Assembly (NCBI RefSeq): GCF_006345805.1
Contig: NC_043011.1
Location: forward strand, 19,914,464 to 19,978,463
DNA from: Octopus sinensis
Taxonomy: Eukaryota
Length of the DNA stretch: 64,000 bases
Direction: 5' to 3'
The position numbers and the translations under genes are program-made. The notes under the pieces were generated by a model. The model searched no databases, was not told the origin of the DNA, and saw only the letters and a program-made list of their open reading frames with translations. Below are positions 49,984-62,710 of the stretch, piece by piece (within the stretch, counting starts at the first letter, position 1; the number at the start of each line of letters is the position of its first letter).

Positions 49984-51009
49984 TATATTTGCTTGTTTTT
50001 TCTTTTTTTAGATTTTTCTTTTTTTTCGTTTATCTACCCAAAAACGTAAAGTTACAGTCACTGCTCACCCTGAATAAAATACATATAAAATCGAAGCAAT
50101 TCTAATCTCCATTCTATCTTTTCATTCAGATTTTATGTATATCTACGACTACTCTATGCAATGTGTACTGACATTTTAAACTAGTAATGTATAATTTTGA
50201 GTAGATTGCCCAGTACTTTTGGCTGCCTAAATGAGATAATGGATGGAATTGCATGTGTTGTGTTGCGACGGAACTGTATATGTTGCAATGCAATAAAAAT
50301 TATCATATTGTTATGCAGTAAACTTCATGCGTTATGACTGAATAAAACTTTCTACGTTATGCGGCATTTCTCATAATATCAGAATTCATGTAATAAAAAT
50401 ATGAGTCATTAATATATTGCAGTTAATAATTTGTTAGAAACAATTATACTGTGATTAAAAATTATCGCATTAATTAATTGCAACACTATTTCTTCGAATC
50501 TATTTAACTAAACGTACAAAATCGTTAAGCGTACACTTTTGAAACAAGGTCTAAATTAAGGTAATAATTATTTACTTCTATAAGTTACATAGTTACTTCG
50601 AGAAGATGTGAAAACATTGTTGACGAATTCGGTAACAGTGAATTAATGGTAATTATATTACCAAATAAACAGAAGCAGTTTAAGCGTCAGACAAAATGCC
50701 TGGGGTATTCAGTTACAGCACTTAAACATCTGCGCTCGCATCGTGCCAAGGTCAATTTGGCTTTCGTCCTTCCGGCAGTAAACGACAAAAATCTGACAAT
50801 CAAATATTGAGGGATAATTAGATAACTTTATGTTAATGTATCGTATGATGGTGTAGTAGAAACCGAAAATTGTGATTTAAGCAATAAACAAATAATTCCT
50901 GCAAGACATTTTACACGGATGCACCACCGTTTTTGCTGAACTGAATTCCGATAAACCTTTTTCAATAATCTGCTAGATGTAATCATCAACGTTCCGTTTT
51001 CGGATTATA

Positions 51010-51487
51010 GGCGGCCAGCTGGCAGAAAAGTTAGCGCGCCGGGTGAAATGCTTAGCGGTATTTCGTCTGTCGAAAGGGCGGCGAACTGGCACAATCGTTA
51101 GCAGGCCGGGCGAACTGCCTAGCGGCATTTCGTCTGCCGTTACGTTGTGAGTTCAAATTCCGCCGAGGTCGACTTTGCCTTTCATCCTTTCGGGGTCGAT
51201 AAATTAAGTACCAGTTACGCACTGGGGTCGATGCAATCGACTTAATACCTATGTCTGTCCTTGTTTGTCCCCTCTGCTTAGCCCCTTGTGGGTAATAAAA
51301 AATAGGTATTTCGTCTGTAGTTACGTTCTGAGTTCAAATTCCACCGAGGTCGACTTTGCTTTTCCTCCTCTCGGGGTCGATAAATCCAGTACCAGTTTCG
51401 CACTGGGTCGATGTAATCGACTTAATCCCTTTGTCTGTCCTTGTTTGTCCCCACTATGTTTAGCCCCTTGTGGGAAGTAAAGAAATA
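51010..51487 (+). mobile_element. SINE B nested inside another SINE B
   Basis: Outer copy 51010-51072 plus 51305-51487; inner copy about 51076-51304. TSD GGTATTTCGTCTGT(C/A)G at 51057-51072 and 51305-51320. Confidence 0.9.
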
Positions 51488-52455
51488 TATATATCTTGCT
51501 TACAAAGCTTCCTCTTCATGGTGGCAATTGCATGTAGGACACAGTACTACCGTAACCCGGTAATCAATTCTGCTTATCGACAATTGGCGAATTTTGAATA
51601 TAGTTCACAAAGAACCGAAAGTGTCATTTCAAGATATCAAGCGCGCTCGCAAAATGTTTCCAGTCGTCAGCCGTAGACCTTTAATATTTCTATCGACTCT
51701 AAAACGATGTACAAGGAATTTGCCGAATTGAATCTAAACCAAAAATCTATGATTCAACTATAAGAAGCCCGTGGTTTGTGCGAGACGTAGAAATTGTATT
51801 AAATTATTGGTATTTCTTTACTTGGCAGTTTTACTTTCATTGTTTTCTTTTACAGTAGATTTTACTTCTTACGTTCTAAGTTCAACTGAAACGTTGGTGA
51901 ACTTTCTCTTTTGTCATTCAGGTTGGTAACATACAATTACCAGTCATGTACTAGTAGCTGATTCCTTCCCTCAGAATTAACGGTGTCATATCTCAATCAA
52001 AACCCAAATTTATTTTATTTGGCGTGGTGAACGTGAAAGAAATAGTAGAGCAGCGGAAATGGTCTTTATGATATTTCTCCCCAAATCTTACGTTCTGAAT
52101 TCAAATCCCACCGAGATGAATTTCAAATTGTATCAATCGAGGGTCGATAAAATTATATACTAACCAAGTACTGGATTTGGTGGTAGAGAGCATACATATT
52201 TCTCTAAAACTGTTGGCCTCATACCGACGTCAAAATAATTTATATTTTCATTGCTGAAGAGCATATTAAGCAGGGGTAGGCATAGCTGTGTGATCAAAAC
52301 ATTCCTTTAAATTCTTCGTTTTTTTTAATTTGATCCTACTAGTAAAAGACATTCTCGGTGCGTTCTGCGGGAGCTTCAGTTTTGCCAATATATTATGATT
52401 GTATTTTGGTAGACCCAAATTTTGTTGTCTATCAAATCGTAAATTAGCGATTCTG

Positions 52456-52504
<49 letters not shown>

Positions 52505-52526
52505 TAGATAGATAGATTGATTGATA

Positions 52527-52772
52527 GATTTCTTTTTAAGCCACACATGGTTGAACACAGGGAGGAAATAAAATGCAGATCTTTGCTTTTCAAAAGAAAG
52601 AAAGAAAAAGAAAACTTCCCATCAAAAGGGATCGAAAGCGTTTGGGATATGTAAACAGCAGAATAATGGGGAGTAAAAATGTAAAACAGATTAGGTTTTT
52701 CCGTAGAAAAGAAAGCTTACGAAATAGATCGCGGTAACCTCAGGCAGGGAAAGAATCACATAAGAGCAAAGC

Positions 52773-52827
<55 letters not shown>

Positions 52828-53280
52828 TTTACACGATCATCCTCAAAGTGGTTTCGTCATTCCCGCGTACCATCTTTATTACATTCACCCACTTTTTATT
52901 GAAACTTTCATGAGACAAAACTTGCCTCTCTATTCTCACCTTCCTTTTCAAGTGGTACTTGAAAAAGTTGATGAGCGATTGGCCAGAGTGGAAAGTGTTT
53001 GTTTCTAAACCTTTCACACGAGAACACTACACACATTCTTTCACCATAGCCACCAGTACAATGAAAACTGCCTTGTCTTCCCGCATAAAGGAAGGTGGAG
53101 GGACAATATTCCCGATAGACTCGGCCGATAACCGAATTCGTCCTACACGTGACAGCAGCCGTTCGACATAAACCCACAGGTCTGAAATGGTTGAACACTG
53201 CACGAATGCGCGCAGAACGGTTTCGTCGCTCTGACCGCATCTCGGGCAAGTCGATCCGTTGTATCTCGAACCGTACCTGT
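52527..53280 (-). mobile_element. 5'-truncated Tx1/L1-like LINE with 3'UTR containing internal (GA)n
   Basis: zf-RVT and KYHLKRKVRIERQVLS are homologous to 25791-26315; the 3'UTR is homologous to 11345-11666 and ends in (CTAT)n(TA)n. Confidence 0.88.
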
Positions 53281-53409
53281 TATGGATTATTCTATTACGA
53301 CTTCATTGCTTTCAGGCTTAGCTTAAGGTATTTTCGCGACCGACATCACAAAATGCGCCTGATTAAACATTGCCGGACAGCAAATAGGGACTCACACATT
53401 GCTTAGAAA

Positions 53410-53507
53410 ATATTTTTTATTCTTAACCTCGTATATATTACGCACGAGGGATTTTGACCTTTAAATTTTGGGGAAAAAATGCGAATTACACTCGAGGATT
53501 TACGGTA
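53410..53507. mobile_element. single terminus of a pogo/Tc2-like DNA element
   Basis: Ends in CGAATTACACTCGAGGATTTACGGTA (rc TACCGTAAATCCTCGAGTG); no partner end found. Confidence 0.4.
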
Positions 53508-56134
53508 CTTGTTTTATTGTTAATGTTTTCTAATATGTGATGCGGTGTCTTTAGGTTTATTGTGCTACCCTCCTTAGATAATCTGGTGAGGCGTAAAAGA
53601 AATAACTCCTTTTCTTTGCCTAGAAACTAAAGCACAGTTTCTTTGACTGTTCGCGTTGTTGTTGTTGTTGTTGTTGGTTTTGGTGGTGGTGGGAGCAGCG
53701 ATGGTTGACATTTCCTCATTGTTTTTGCTTTCCTTTCTCCCTTGCTTGCTTAGGACGCTGTTGTTAGAATGTGTGTTGACGCTGTTCAACTGTGTGTGTG
53801 TGTGTGTGATACAGTATTCTCTTTCTTCCCTCCAGTATTCGGCAATTCAGGGAAGTTAATGTTTAAATAGGACGAAAGGACGCTGACCGCTTCAGCCAAG
53901 TTAGTCATTTTTAGGAGAGATTTAAAAAAACAAATTTTCTAAATGAAATTTAAGAAACGAAAATACACCCGTAGGACGGGGATTTTTCGGAAAACCGATT
54001 CAGTCACATGAAAGTTGATGTTGTTAACCAACTCTTAGCAAAAATGCAATACAAACATATATTCATGGATACGAGCAATTGTTCTGACTCACGCAGACGA
54101 AGTGACGATAGCCGAAATAGATAGATAGATAGATAGAGAGACAGGCAGATATATTATTTCTTATACTAGATGATACCGATAATATTACTCTTCATAAAAT
54201 TGAAGGGACAGCAAATTTTGTTGGCGCTTTTCGTTTTTAGATCATGAAAAGCACAGCATTACCCTACGTCTTATTTATGTTCGTTTTATTTCTGATTTTA
54301 AATTCTGTCAGTTGTCTATAAAATAAGAACTAGTTAAATATTGTATATTTTATCGGCATTGCCGTTTCACATCAACGTTTCACACTTTGTCGCAATGTTA
54401 GAAGCCATTATGTAGCGACGTAAAACCTCTGAACTCTATGAAGTAAGTGGCAATGTCAATAATAAGCAGCAATACAGGAAATTATCTACATTCCATTACT
54501 TTTAAATTTCAATCCACTTCAAAGCGAGATATTTTCACAAATCGAAAAGGCTATTTATCAGGAATGCTAATTAATGTACCTAGAATCCTAAACATACACA
54601 TTATAACAGACATTATGTTTTTTCTTTTCAAGGAGGCGAATTATCCCAGCCATTAAAGTGACAGACATCTTTCATTACAATATTTCTGTTGGATCACAGC
54701 GCTCTTATTTCAAATTGTGTGGAGATTCCCTTTGACGTTCCATCTTCCGTCGCCGATAATTAAAACTCCAGTAAGATATTGTGGCCATAACATTTCGTAT
54801 GGAGTCGACAACATTACACTAGAACCTGAGTCCCGGGGTAGCTCTCACATCCTCCTTCTCAGTAAAATAAGAGAAGGGATGAGTTACAGATTAGAGACCT
54901 TTTCGTATATTTAAAACTTATATTATACTAGAAGCATTCCAACGATGGAGCGATGAACAGCACAGAACACACATAAAGAAATTTACTATTTTCCGAAGTT
55001 ATTGCTTATAGTTTCAGAAGAGGGGGAGAGAGACAAAGAGGAAGATACATGGGGGGGAGAAGGAGACAGAGTCAGAGAGCTCTATGTGGAAATGTCCAAA
55101 TGAATATATCTTTATTTGTTGTTACACCTTTTTTATTTCACTTATATATTGATTGTTTTATTTCTTTCAAAACCCCCACATCCATCATGTACCCCACTTG
55201 GCCCATAGGATGGTAGCCCTTCCAGCAAGGAAAATAAAACGCCCAAAGGGTCCTTGATCATATCTATCAGAAGAAATTATGTTCGGATTACAACTAAGCT
55301 TTAACCTAAGCCTAAGCTAACCAAATGATAGGGGGCTCGGGAGCCTCTAAAAGGCAGTGACTAATCCCGATCTAGTCCTAACCCCTCCCATGGGTACTAT
55401 CGGTCAAGGCTGTATCGAAGATATGCATTGGAGAAGGTTGCATCGAAGATTTGCATGCTATTGTATATATATATATATATCTTTAATAATGAACCATGTA
55501 ATTCACTCTCTGGAAAAATTTTTTCTGCAAAATGTTGAGAGTGGGTAAAATTTCCGAGGCTTCCACCTCACCCCATTTTTCGGACCTTAAGAAGGGGTTT
55601 GCAGCATATTAGGAGGTCAGGGCACTTGATTCCAAGCAAAAAATCCGAGTTTCTTTTTTTCTTAATGAAAATCGTGCGGGAGTTAATCTAATAAGTAACT
55701 CTTTGTTTATCTTTTTTCCCATTTCTAGACAGGTGACGTAACTCATGTTAGCAAACTTACGGATTTCACCGACGTGGAAATTGGTAAAAGTTATGGTTGA
55801 AAATTGATTTTTTACCGCTATCCACGAGTGCCTCGGGGAAAATAAATTGACAGAAGCACAGCCATGGTCGTGACTAATGTCCTCCTAAAATTGGAGAGAC
55901 ATGCATGCTAATTTGTGGACGTGCATAAATTACATTCAAGTGTACACACACACACACATCCTGCCTTTTATAGATGGAGATTACATATATATAAGTCATG
56001 TGTGTATGTGTGTGTGTGAGTGTGTGAGTGTGTTTGTGTACAGATATGTGTATGAATATATACAAGTTAGTGGATACATACATATATAAATTATATGTAT
56101 ATAGTATTGGGAGATGAACTGACAGGGCTTATGT

Positions 56135-56520
56135 TCTAAATGAGACACATAGGAAGTACCCCTCTACAGTTTAAAGACGCAACGGTGGTACATCTGTATA
56201 AGTATAAAGGTAATAAGTGTTTATGTGATAGTCACCGCGGCATACCGCTGCTAATTGTTGCTGAAAAAAATCCTCTCTAGAGTCATCTTAAATAGAATTA
56301 ACACTGAACTATTCGGTTGCGCCTATCCAGAGAGTTACTGTGTCTTAGGTCATATCGAAGAACAATGAATATGATATTCAATACGCAACAATTTGATGAG
56401 AAGGCCCGAGAGCACAATGAATACCTCTATGGTGTATTTGTTGACTTTACAATTGTCAGCAGCCTTTATGGAAAGTATTATCAAAGTTTGGGAATCCCGA
56501 GCCATGGCTGATTGTCAGGG
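56135..56520 (+). pseudogene. RTE-clade LINE reverse transcriptase fragment
   Basis: FKDATVVHLYKYKGNK..CDSHRGIPLL, ILSRVILNRI, RSYRRTMNMIF..QQFDEKAREHNEYLYGVFVDFT and LWKVLSKFGNP. Confidence 0.85.
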
Positions 56521-56636
56521 TGTCCCTACACTAAGCTATCAAGGCATCCGTTTTCTCAAATGGCAGGTAGTTTCAGCCTTGAGGTTCAAAATGGTACAAA
56601 ATAAGTTTTTATTTTGGCAACAGTATTATTTCCACT

Positions 56637-56960
56637 GTGGAGGCGCAATGGCCCAGTGGTTAGGGCAGCGGACTCGCGGTCGGAGGATCGCCGTTTCGAT
56701 TCCCAGGCCGGGCGTTGTGCGTGTTTATTGAGCGAAAACATCTAAAAGCTCCACGAGGCTCCGACAGGAAGTAGTGGTGACCCTTGTTGTACTCTTTCGC
56801 CACAACTTTCTCTCACTCTCTCTTCCTGTTTCTTGAGTAACGCTGCGATGAAGTGGCGTCCCGTCCAGCTGGGAGCAACACATACGCCACAGAAACCGGG
56901 AAACCGGGCCTATGAGACTGGCTAGGCTTGAAAAGGGCGACGTTTAGACGTTTATCCTTT
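56637..56960 (+). mobile_element. tRNA-derived SINE, family C with tail type 1
   Basis: GGAGGCGCAATGGCCCAGTGGTTAGG...GTTTCGATTCCC head. Candidate TSD TATTATTT(C/G)CACT at 56624-56636 and 56961-56973. Confidence 0.88.
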
Positions 56961-58108
56961 TATTATTTGCACTATTTTTAACGTACTGCTGGATTATGGC
57001 TTTTCTAGTGTAGAAGAGGGAGTGATTCGTGAATATAGGATAATGCGAGCATTCTCAGCCAACACCTTTTCAAAGTAAGGACTAACGTTGCATCTCAGAC
57101 AATAAGAGACTTAGTTTTTGCTGGTCATAAATTCGTGGGCATCCAGCACAAAATTGATTAGATTTGCTGCATCAGCCACATATTTTGGATTAATTATCGG
57201 CATAAAAAAATGAACTTTTGCATCTGATACGTCCGTGTTACAATGAGTAATAGGATAGAAAAGTTTTGAAATATCGCAAGAGAGTGCAGACTCAAAGAGA
57301 CTGTTTTTTTCCCCCATCTTCGAAATTTTGAATCTCAAAGTGTACTTCATTAAAAGTGGTTACGGGAAAGTAGGAAATGAGACCAAGAGAACAACACATT
57401 TCTCGCAAGCAACCATTATCCTCCTTGTGACTTCTCAGCTAGATCATGTGATCGTTTAATAAGTCATGCTTATGCTCATATCCATATTGCTTTTTGTGGT
57501 CTGGCCTCTCCCATGAAGTGTCATCAGATGCAGTTGAATAAATCGCAAAAATTGGTTTAATGGTAGTAACATTAATGTATTGATTGTCTATGTTGGCCTT
57601 TTTTCTTTTTCTGTCTTCTCGCTGAACACTTATACATCGTCTTCGACGGGAGAGTCTGTCATGTGTGTGTGTGTGTGTATTAATTGCTGATAGTGACACA
57701 TATTTCGTTTTGCAGCCAAAATATACTACTAAGTATATAATAATAATTTTACAAATCAATACAATGTCCTACTTTTTATGTTAGCAGTGCGATTAAATCA
57801 TTTTGAATTTATTTGTACATATTGTAGATAGTTTAAGGCCAGCACCAAACGTTATAATGTTTCGTGACCGAGTAGGTCTATGCGAACGATGCGATCGAAG
57901 AGAGGAACATACCCAATATGCTTGTGGATGTTTAATGGATTTGATGCAGTGCTGAGAAGGAGTAATAACTCCTGCAATATGCATATACATCCATTAACTG
58001 CCTTTCTGTCATCAACCACACTGTTTACATAGACGTCTCCGTATAGGAAACGTCATATCTTTCAGTGTTGGCTCTAAATTCATTAGAGAATCTGCAGTGA
58101 TAACTTAA

Positions 58109-58146
<38 letters not shown>

Positions 58147-58158
<12 letters not shown>

Positions 58159-58320
58159 GAAATAAGGTACTCAGAAATCTGGATGGTTTTATATTTACAG
58201 ATATTTATTAAAGTCACATGTTTTTATAAATCGTATATTATAAAAACATGTGACATTAATAAATATCTGTAAATATAAAACCGTCCAGATTTCTGAGTAC
58301 CTTATTTCTTCTAATATATA
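58147..58320. repeat. near-perfect 174-bp palindrome (83-bp arms, 8-nt loop, 2 mismatches)
   Basis: 58147-58229 is the reverse complement of 58238-58320; it abuts (TA)n. Confidence 0.95.
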
Positions 58321-58349
58321 ATACCTGTACATCATCTCCAAACCTTCTA

Positions 58350-58385
<36 letters not shown>

Positions 58386-58688
58386 TGTGTGTGTGTGTGT
58401 GTGTGTGTGTGTTGTGTGTGTGGTACAAGGAATTTTCATCGGGGTGACTCAAACTAAAAGGTATACGCTCTGAGGAATATTTCTCTACTGTTACACATGC
58501 TTAACCTATCTTTGTCCGGTGACGCAACATTCGGCCTACGGAATCCCCGATCGGCACGATATTCCAATAGCTGGGTTATTCTATAGACAGCTGTTAGAGA
58601 CTATGTAAAACGTTTTGTTATATATCTAAATTAAATGTCCTTGTCAATTCTTGCCAAACATTTTGCCTTTTCATATCTGTATTAATAG

Positions 58689-58853
58689 ACACATTTTTTT
58701 CTCACCTTGTTTTTTCTGTGTCCCTTTCTGTAGAAGAGCGTAGGCTCGAAACGTAAAAGACTTTTTCTATTCCTGAGCGTTATACTAATACATGTTTGTT
58801 TTGTACACCACCTGTCTACGTCTTTTGTTTTCTTTTTCGTAAACTCACCCTAT
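58689..58853 (+). mobile_element. short PLE pLTR-like element with variant minimal hammerhead (58724-58759)
   Basis: CTTT CTGTAGA A GAGC GTAG GCTC GAAAC GTA AAAG; same family as 31696-31886; ends in (TA)n. Confidence 0.7.
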
Positions 58854-58854
58854 G

Positions 58855-58913
<59 letters not shown>

Positions 58914-59735
58914 TGTGTGTGTATCAGCCGAAATCTTAATGGATTTTATTGATGTTCGTTGGAGCGACAGACTCCCTAGACTTGGTTATCAAATCAGAAG
59001 ATTTAACTTCACCAAGTAGTCTTTTGATGTATTGAGAAATCCTTTCTCTTCTAACCATTGACTCCGTGTCTCCAATATGTGGAAAATATCCTACGTTTAG
59101 CCCATCCTTTTAACCTCGGGTAACCTCAAAACGTTTATAAATGTTTCTCTACCAACTCTATCTCAGTGACGGCCAATTTTCAGTATAGCGTCTGACGCAC
59201 GAAACGTTTCTTAGGTTAGAACTCGTAAAAGTGTACGTACAAATTTTCGATAAATCGCTGCAAATTTGAGACTGGAGAAGCACTGTCGATATAAAGTAGT
59301 GAATGTATTAACCATTAGTTGCTATTTTAACCTCTTTTACATCACTTTTGACATGAATCACGGCAATGAATAACGCTACAACAGAACAGCTTTGAAAGAG
59401 GCAACGACTTACGTATGTAAATGAAGAAAGTCAATGTTTTGATTAGGAGTGAATAGCATCGTTTCAACTTCTATTGTGTTCTCGGCATATAAAACCGTTG
59501 CGAACTTGTAACTTGAATCAACTCATTTATAGCTTTCCGGTCGATCTTCGTAAATTTATGGCAGCATACGTAATTAATGCAACTCGTTCTCCGTAATTCA
59601 TTCTGTATTTCTCGATATTTCTTGCATTTATTCACTTCAGCTCAGTTCAGTCTCCTCTTCTCATCATGTCCATTTCTATCTTAATCTTTCTCTCTCTTTC
59701 TCTTCTTTTCTCTCTTTTTCAAACTATATCTATTA

Positions 59736-59767
<32 letters not shown>

Positions 59768-60024
59768 GTCTATCTGTCTATCTATCTATCTATCTATGAA
59801 AATATACGCAGTCATACATACACATATATATGTCGATAGTCACTACCACCCTTCTTCTTTGAAAGGCGGTGAAGTGGTCGTGTGTGTGTGGGGTGTATGT
59901 GTGTGTGAGTGAGAGAGCGGGGGGTACTTCCCTCATTTTATTATCTGATTGTGTTTTATGTATGATCATTATCTGCATGTATGTGCAATGCATGATTACC
60001 AACGAAATGCAGATCATTATCAAC

Positions 60025-60026
60025 AC

Positions 60027-60066
<40 letters not shown>

Positions 60067-60250
60067 TTTTTCTTCTTATTCTTCCTCTTCTTCTTATTCC
60101 TATTCTTCTACTTGTACTTCTTCTTCTACTACTACTACTACTACTGCTATTATTCCTGCTGCTGCTACGACTACTACCACTATAAATGCAATTGCTGCTA
60201 TTACTACTACTACTACTACCAGTGCAAAAACAACTACTAATGCTACTACT
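60025..60250. repeat. compound trinucleotide array (CAT)n(CTT)n(CTA)n
   Basis: Directly visible. Confidence 0.9.
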
Positions 60251-60420
60251 AAAATAATAATAAACGTAGGAAGAATTATATCATTTTATTTGCCGAAAGG
60301 TTCACTTTACTTGAGAAAAACTTGAAAAACACGGGAGGACTATATTTCAGAAAACAGAGCTATGAATAAGAGTACAGAAAATGTAATCAAGAATCCCGAT
60401 GTGGTGGAGGTATACTCTTT

Positions 60421-60799
60421 TACTCTTCTACTCTTTTACTTGTTTCAGTCATTTGACTGCGGCCATGCTGGAACACCGACTTTTCAGTCGAGACAATCGA
60501 CCCCAGGACTTATTCTTTCTAAGCCTAGTACTTATTCTATCGGTTGCTTTGGCCGAACCGCTAAGTTACAGGGACATAAACACACCACCATCGGTTGTCT
60601 TGGATCTCACCTGCATCGTGCAATGCAAGAGAGACAACCCTGAAACGATTTCCTAAACGTTAACTTCTTATATCAAATCAGTTTCAAAACTTTAGCCGAG
60701 ATCAGCGTCACCTGTAATCAGTGAATGCGGCAAAGGGTCTCTGGAAATGTGTTTGGGGGGACAAACACAGACACACAAACATATACACACACACGTACG

Positions 60800-60859
<60 letters not shown>

Positions 60860-61048
60860 CATACATATATATATATACATATATACGACGGGCTTCTTTC
60901 AGTTTCCATCTACCAAATCCACTCACAAGGCTTTGGTCAGTCCGAAGCTAAAGTAGAAGACACTTGCCCAATGTGCCACACAGTGTGACTGAACCCAGAA
61001 CCATGTGGTTGGTAAGCAAGCTACTTACCATACAGCCACTCCTACGCC
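60421..61048 (-). mobile_element. SINE family A, full length, interrupted by a 154-bp insert (60596-60749)
   Basis: Both flanking parts align to the reverse complement of 2312-2730. Confidence 0.9.
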
Positions 61049-61344
61049 TATGTATGTAAGGTATGTAAGGACAAACAAACAAAATTTCTATACCTCAAGA
61101 TAGGGTAGGCGCTCTCTGCCATGTGTGTCGGACTCATTCTGCATTCGCTCTCGGACTAGATCCTGGTACATTTTTTTTTATGTCTTCCTTGCATGAATTA
61201 CCCATACAGTTTCATTTCTCTCGATGTTTTCTTTCTTTTGTTCTTCGTGTTCCCTTTGAAGTATCTTACTGTTTCGGTCAAATATGGGGTATCTCTGGCT
61301 GTCGAAAACATTTTTTTTTACTCTGCACAACATGATCGTAGTAA

Positions 61345-61671
61345 AAAATCCGTATTCACTGTTATTTGCTGCTGAGAGTTCTCGTTTCAAACCAGTGGTC
61401 ATTTCCAGAGACCCTTTGCCGCATTCACTGATTACAGGTGACGCTGATCTCGGCTAAAGTTTTGAAACTGATTTGATATATAAGAATTTAAAGTTTAGAA
61501 AATCGTTTCAGGGCTGTCTCTCTTGCATTGCACGATGCAGATGAGATCCAAGACACTAGAAAATCATTCATCACTTCCACCAGAGGAAACCTTGAAATAA
61601 TTGTATATTTAACAGATATTACCGAAAGCGGAGACTATTTTCCAAGGCAAACAACAGTGAATACGGCTTTT
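61345..61671. mobile_element. possible MITE with ~25-bp inverted termini
   Basis: AAAATCCGTATTCACTGTTATTTGC (61345-61369) versus GCAAACAACAGTGAATACGGCTTTT (61647-61671). Confidence 0.45.
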
Positions 61672-61770
61672 GTATAGGTCAAAAATATCCTAAATATATT
61701 TCAAACGATTCGTTTTTCCGAATATACGTATCAGAATATACGTCTTATGCATAGATGGTTGGATGGATGA

Positions 61771-61841
<71 letters not shown>

Positions 61842-61874
61842 TCTTTCCGCCAGGTCACCACCGTGTAACAAAGT

Positions 61875-62046
61875 GTGTTGGTGTGTTTATGTCCGGTAAG
61901 CTAACGGTTTCCTTGAAGAGACCGATAAAATAAGTACCAGTCTAAAAATTACGTACTTTAAGTCGATTCATTCGACTAACAATTCTTCAAGATGATGCCC
62001 CAGCATAATCGCAGGCTAATGAGTGATACAAGTGAGAGATAAAAGA
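61875..62046 (+). mobile_element. 3' part of SINE family A, diverged
   Basis: GTGTTGGTGTGTTTATGTCC...GACCGATAAAATAAGTAC...GATAAAAGA. Confidence 0.65.
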
Positions 62047-62484
62047 AATACAATGTTAAAATCCAAGGTATCAAGCCATCGAACGACTTAAAGGTGCTAA
62101 TGCCACTAGTAACTACGCATTCACCACTTCCACCAGAGGGCGCATTGAAATAACTGTATATTTAACAGATATTACCAAAAGCGAAGATCATTCCCCAGCA
62201 CATATTCTTTTAACACTGGTATCATTCTATCAGTTTCTTTTGCCAAACCGTTAGCTTCCGGGAGGCAAACACACCAACACATGTTGTAAAGCGGCAAAGG
62301 CCTGGCGGAAAGAACTCACAACGTAGCAACAGAAGAAATACCGTTAAGCAAACAATTCTGCCCGCACGCCATAATAATAATAATAATAATAAGCAGAAGG
62401 TACCAGAACAAACAAGACTGAACGTCCTGAGAAGTAAAGCTATAATAATGTCTAATTATGATATAAAACCAGCTTTAGTCACCC

Positions 62485-62710
62485 AGCTCCCAAAGAATGA
62501 AAGGCAAGTTTGACTTCGGCTGGATTTGAATAATGGTTTCCGTTTTCAGTACATGACCAGTTTTGAGAAGGGCTGTAAAATGATACTATTGGCACTAGAC
62601 ACGAACGGCCATTTATTTTAACCCATCCCGGAAGATGAAAGATATAGACGACCTTGGTAGGATTTGAACTTAGAAAGATTACTTGCTGGAACAAATACCG
62701 CAAAGCAACT
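62485..62710 (-). mobile_element. degenerate SINE B fragments
   Basis: ATGAAAGGCAAGTTTGACTTCGGCTGGATTTGAA and a second decayed block at 62590-62710. Confidence 0.5.

Noticed and set aside
57827-57955. Possible terminal exon (SLRPAPNVIMFRDRVGLCERCDRREEHTQYACGC*)
   Set aside because: It has a plausible acceptor, but I recognise no homology and found no partner exons; RNA-seq or BLAST would be needed.
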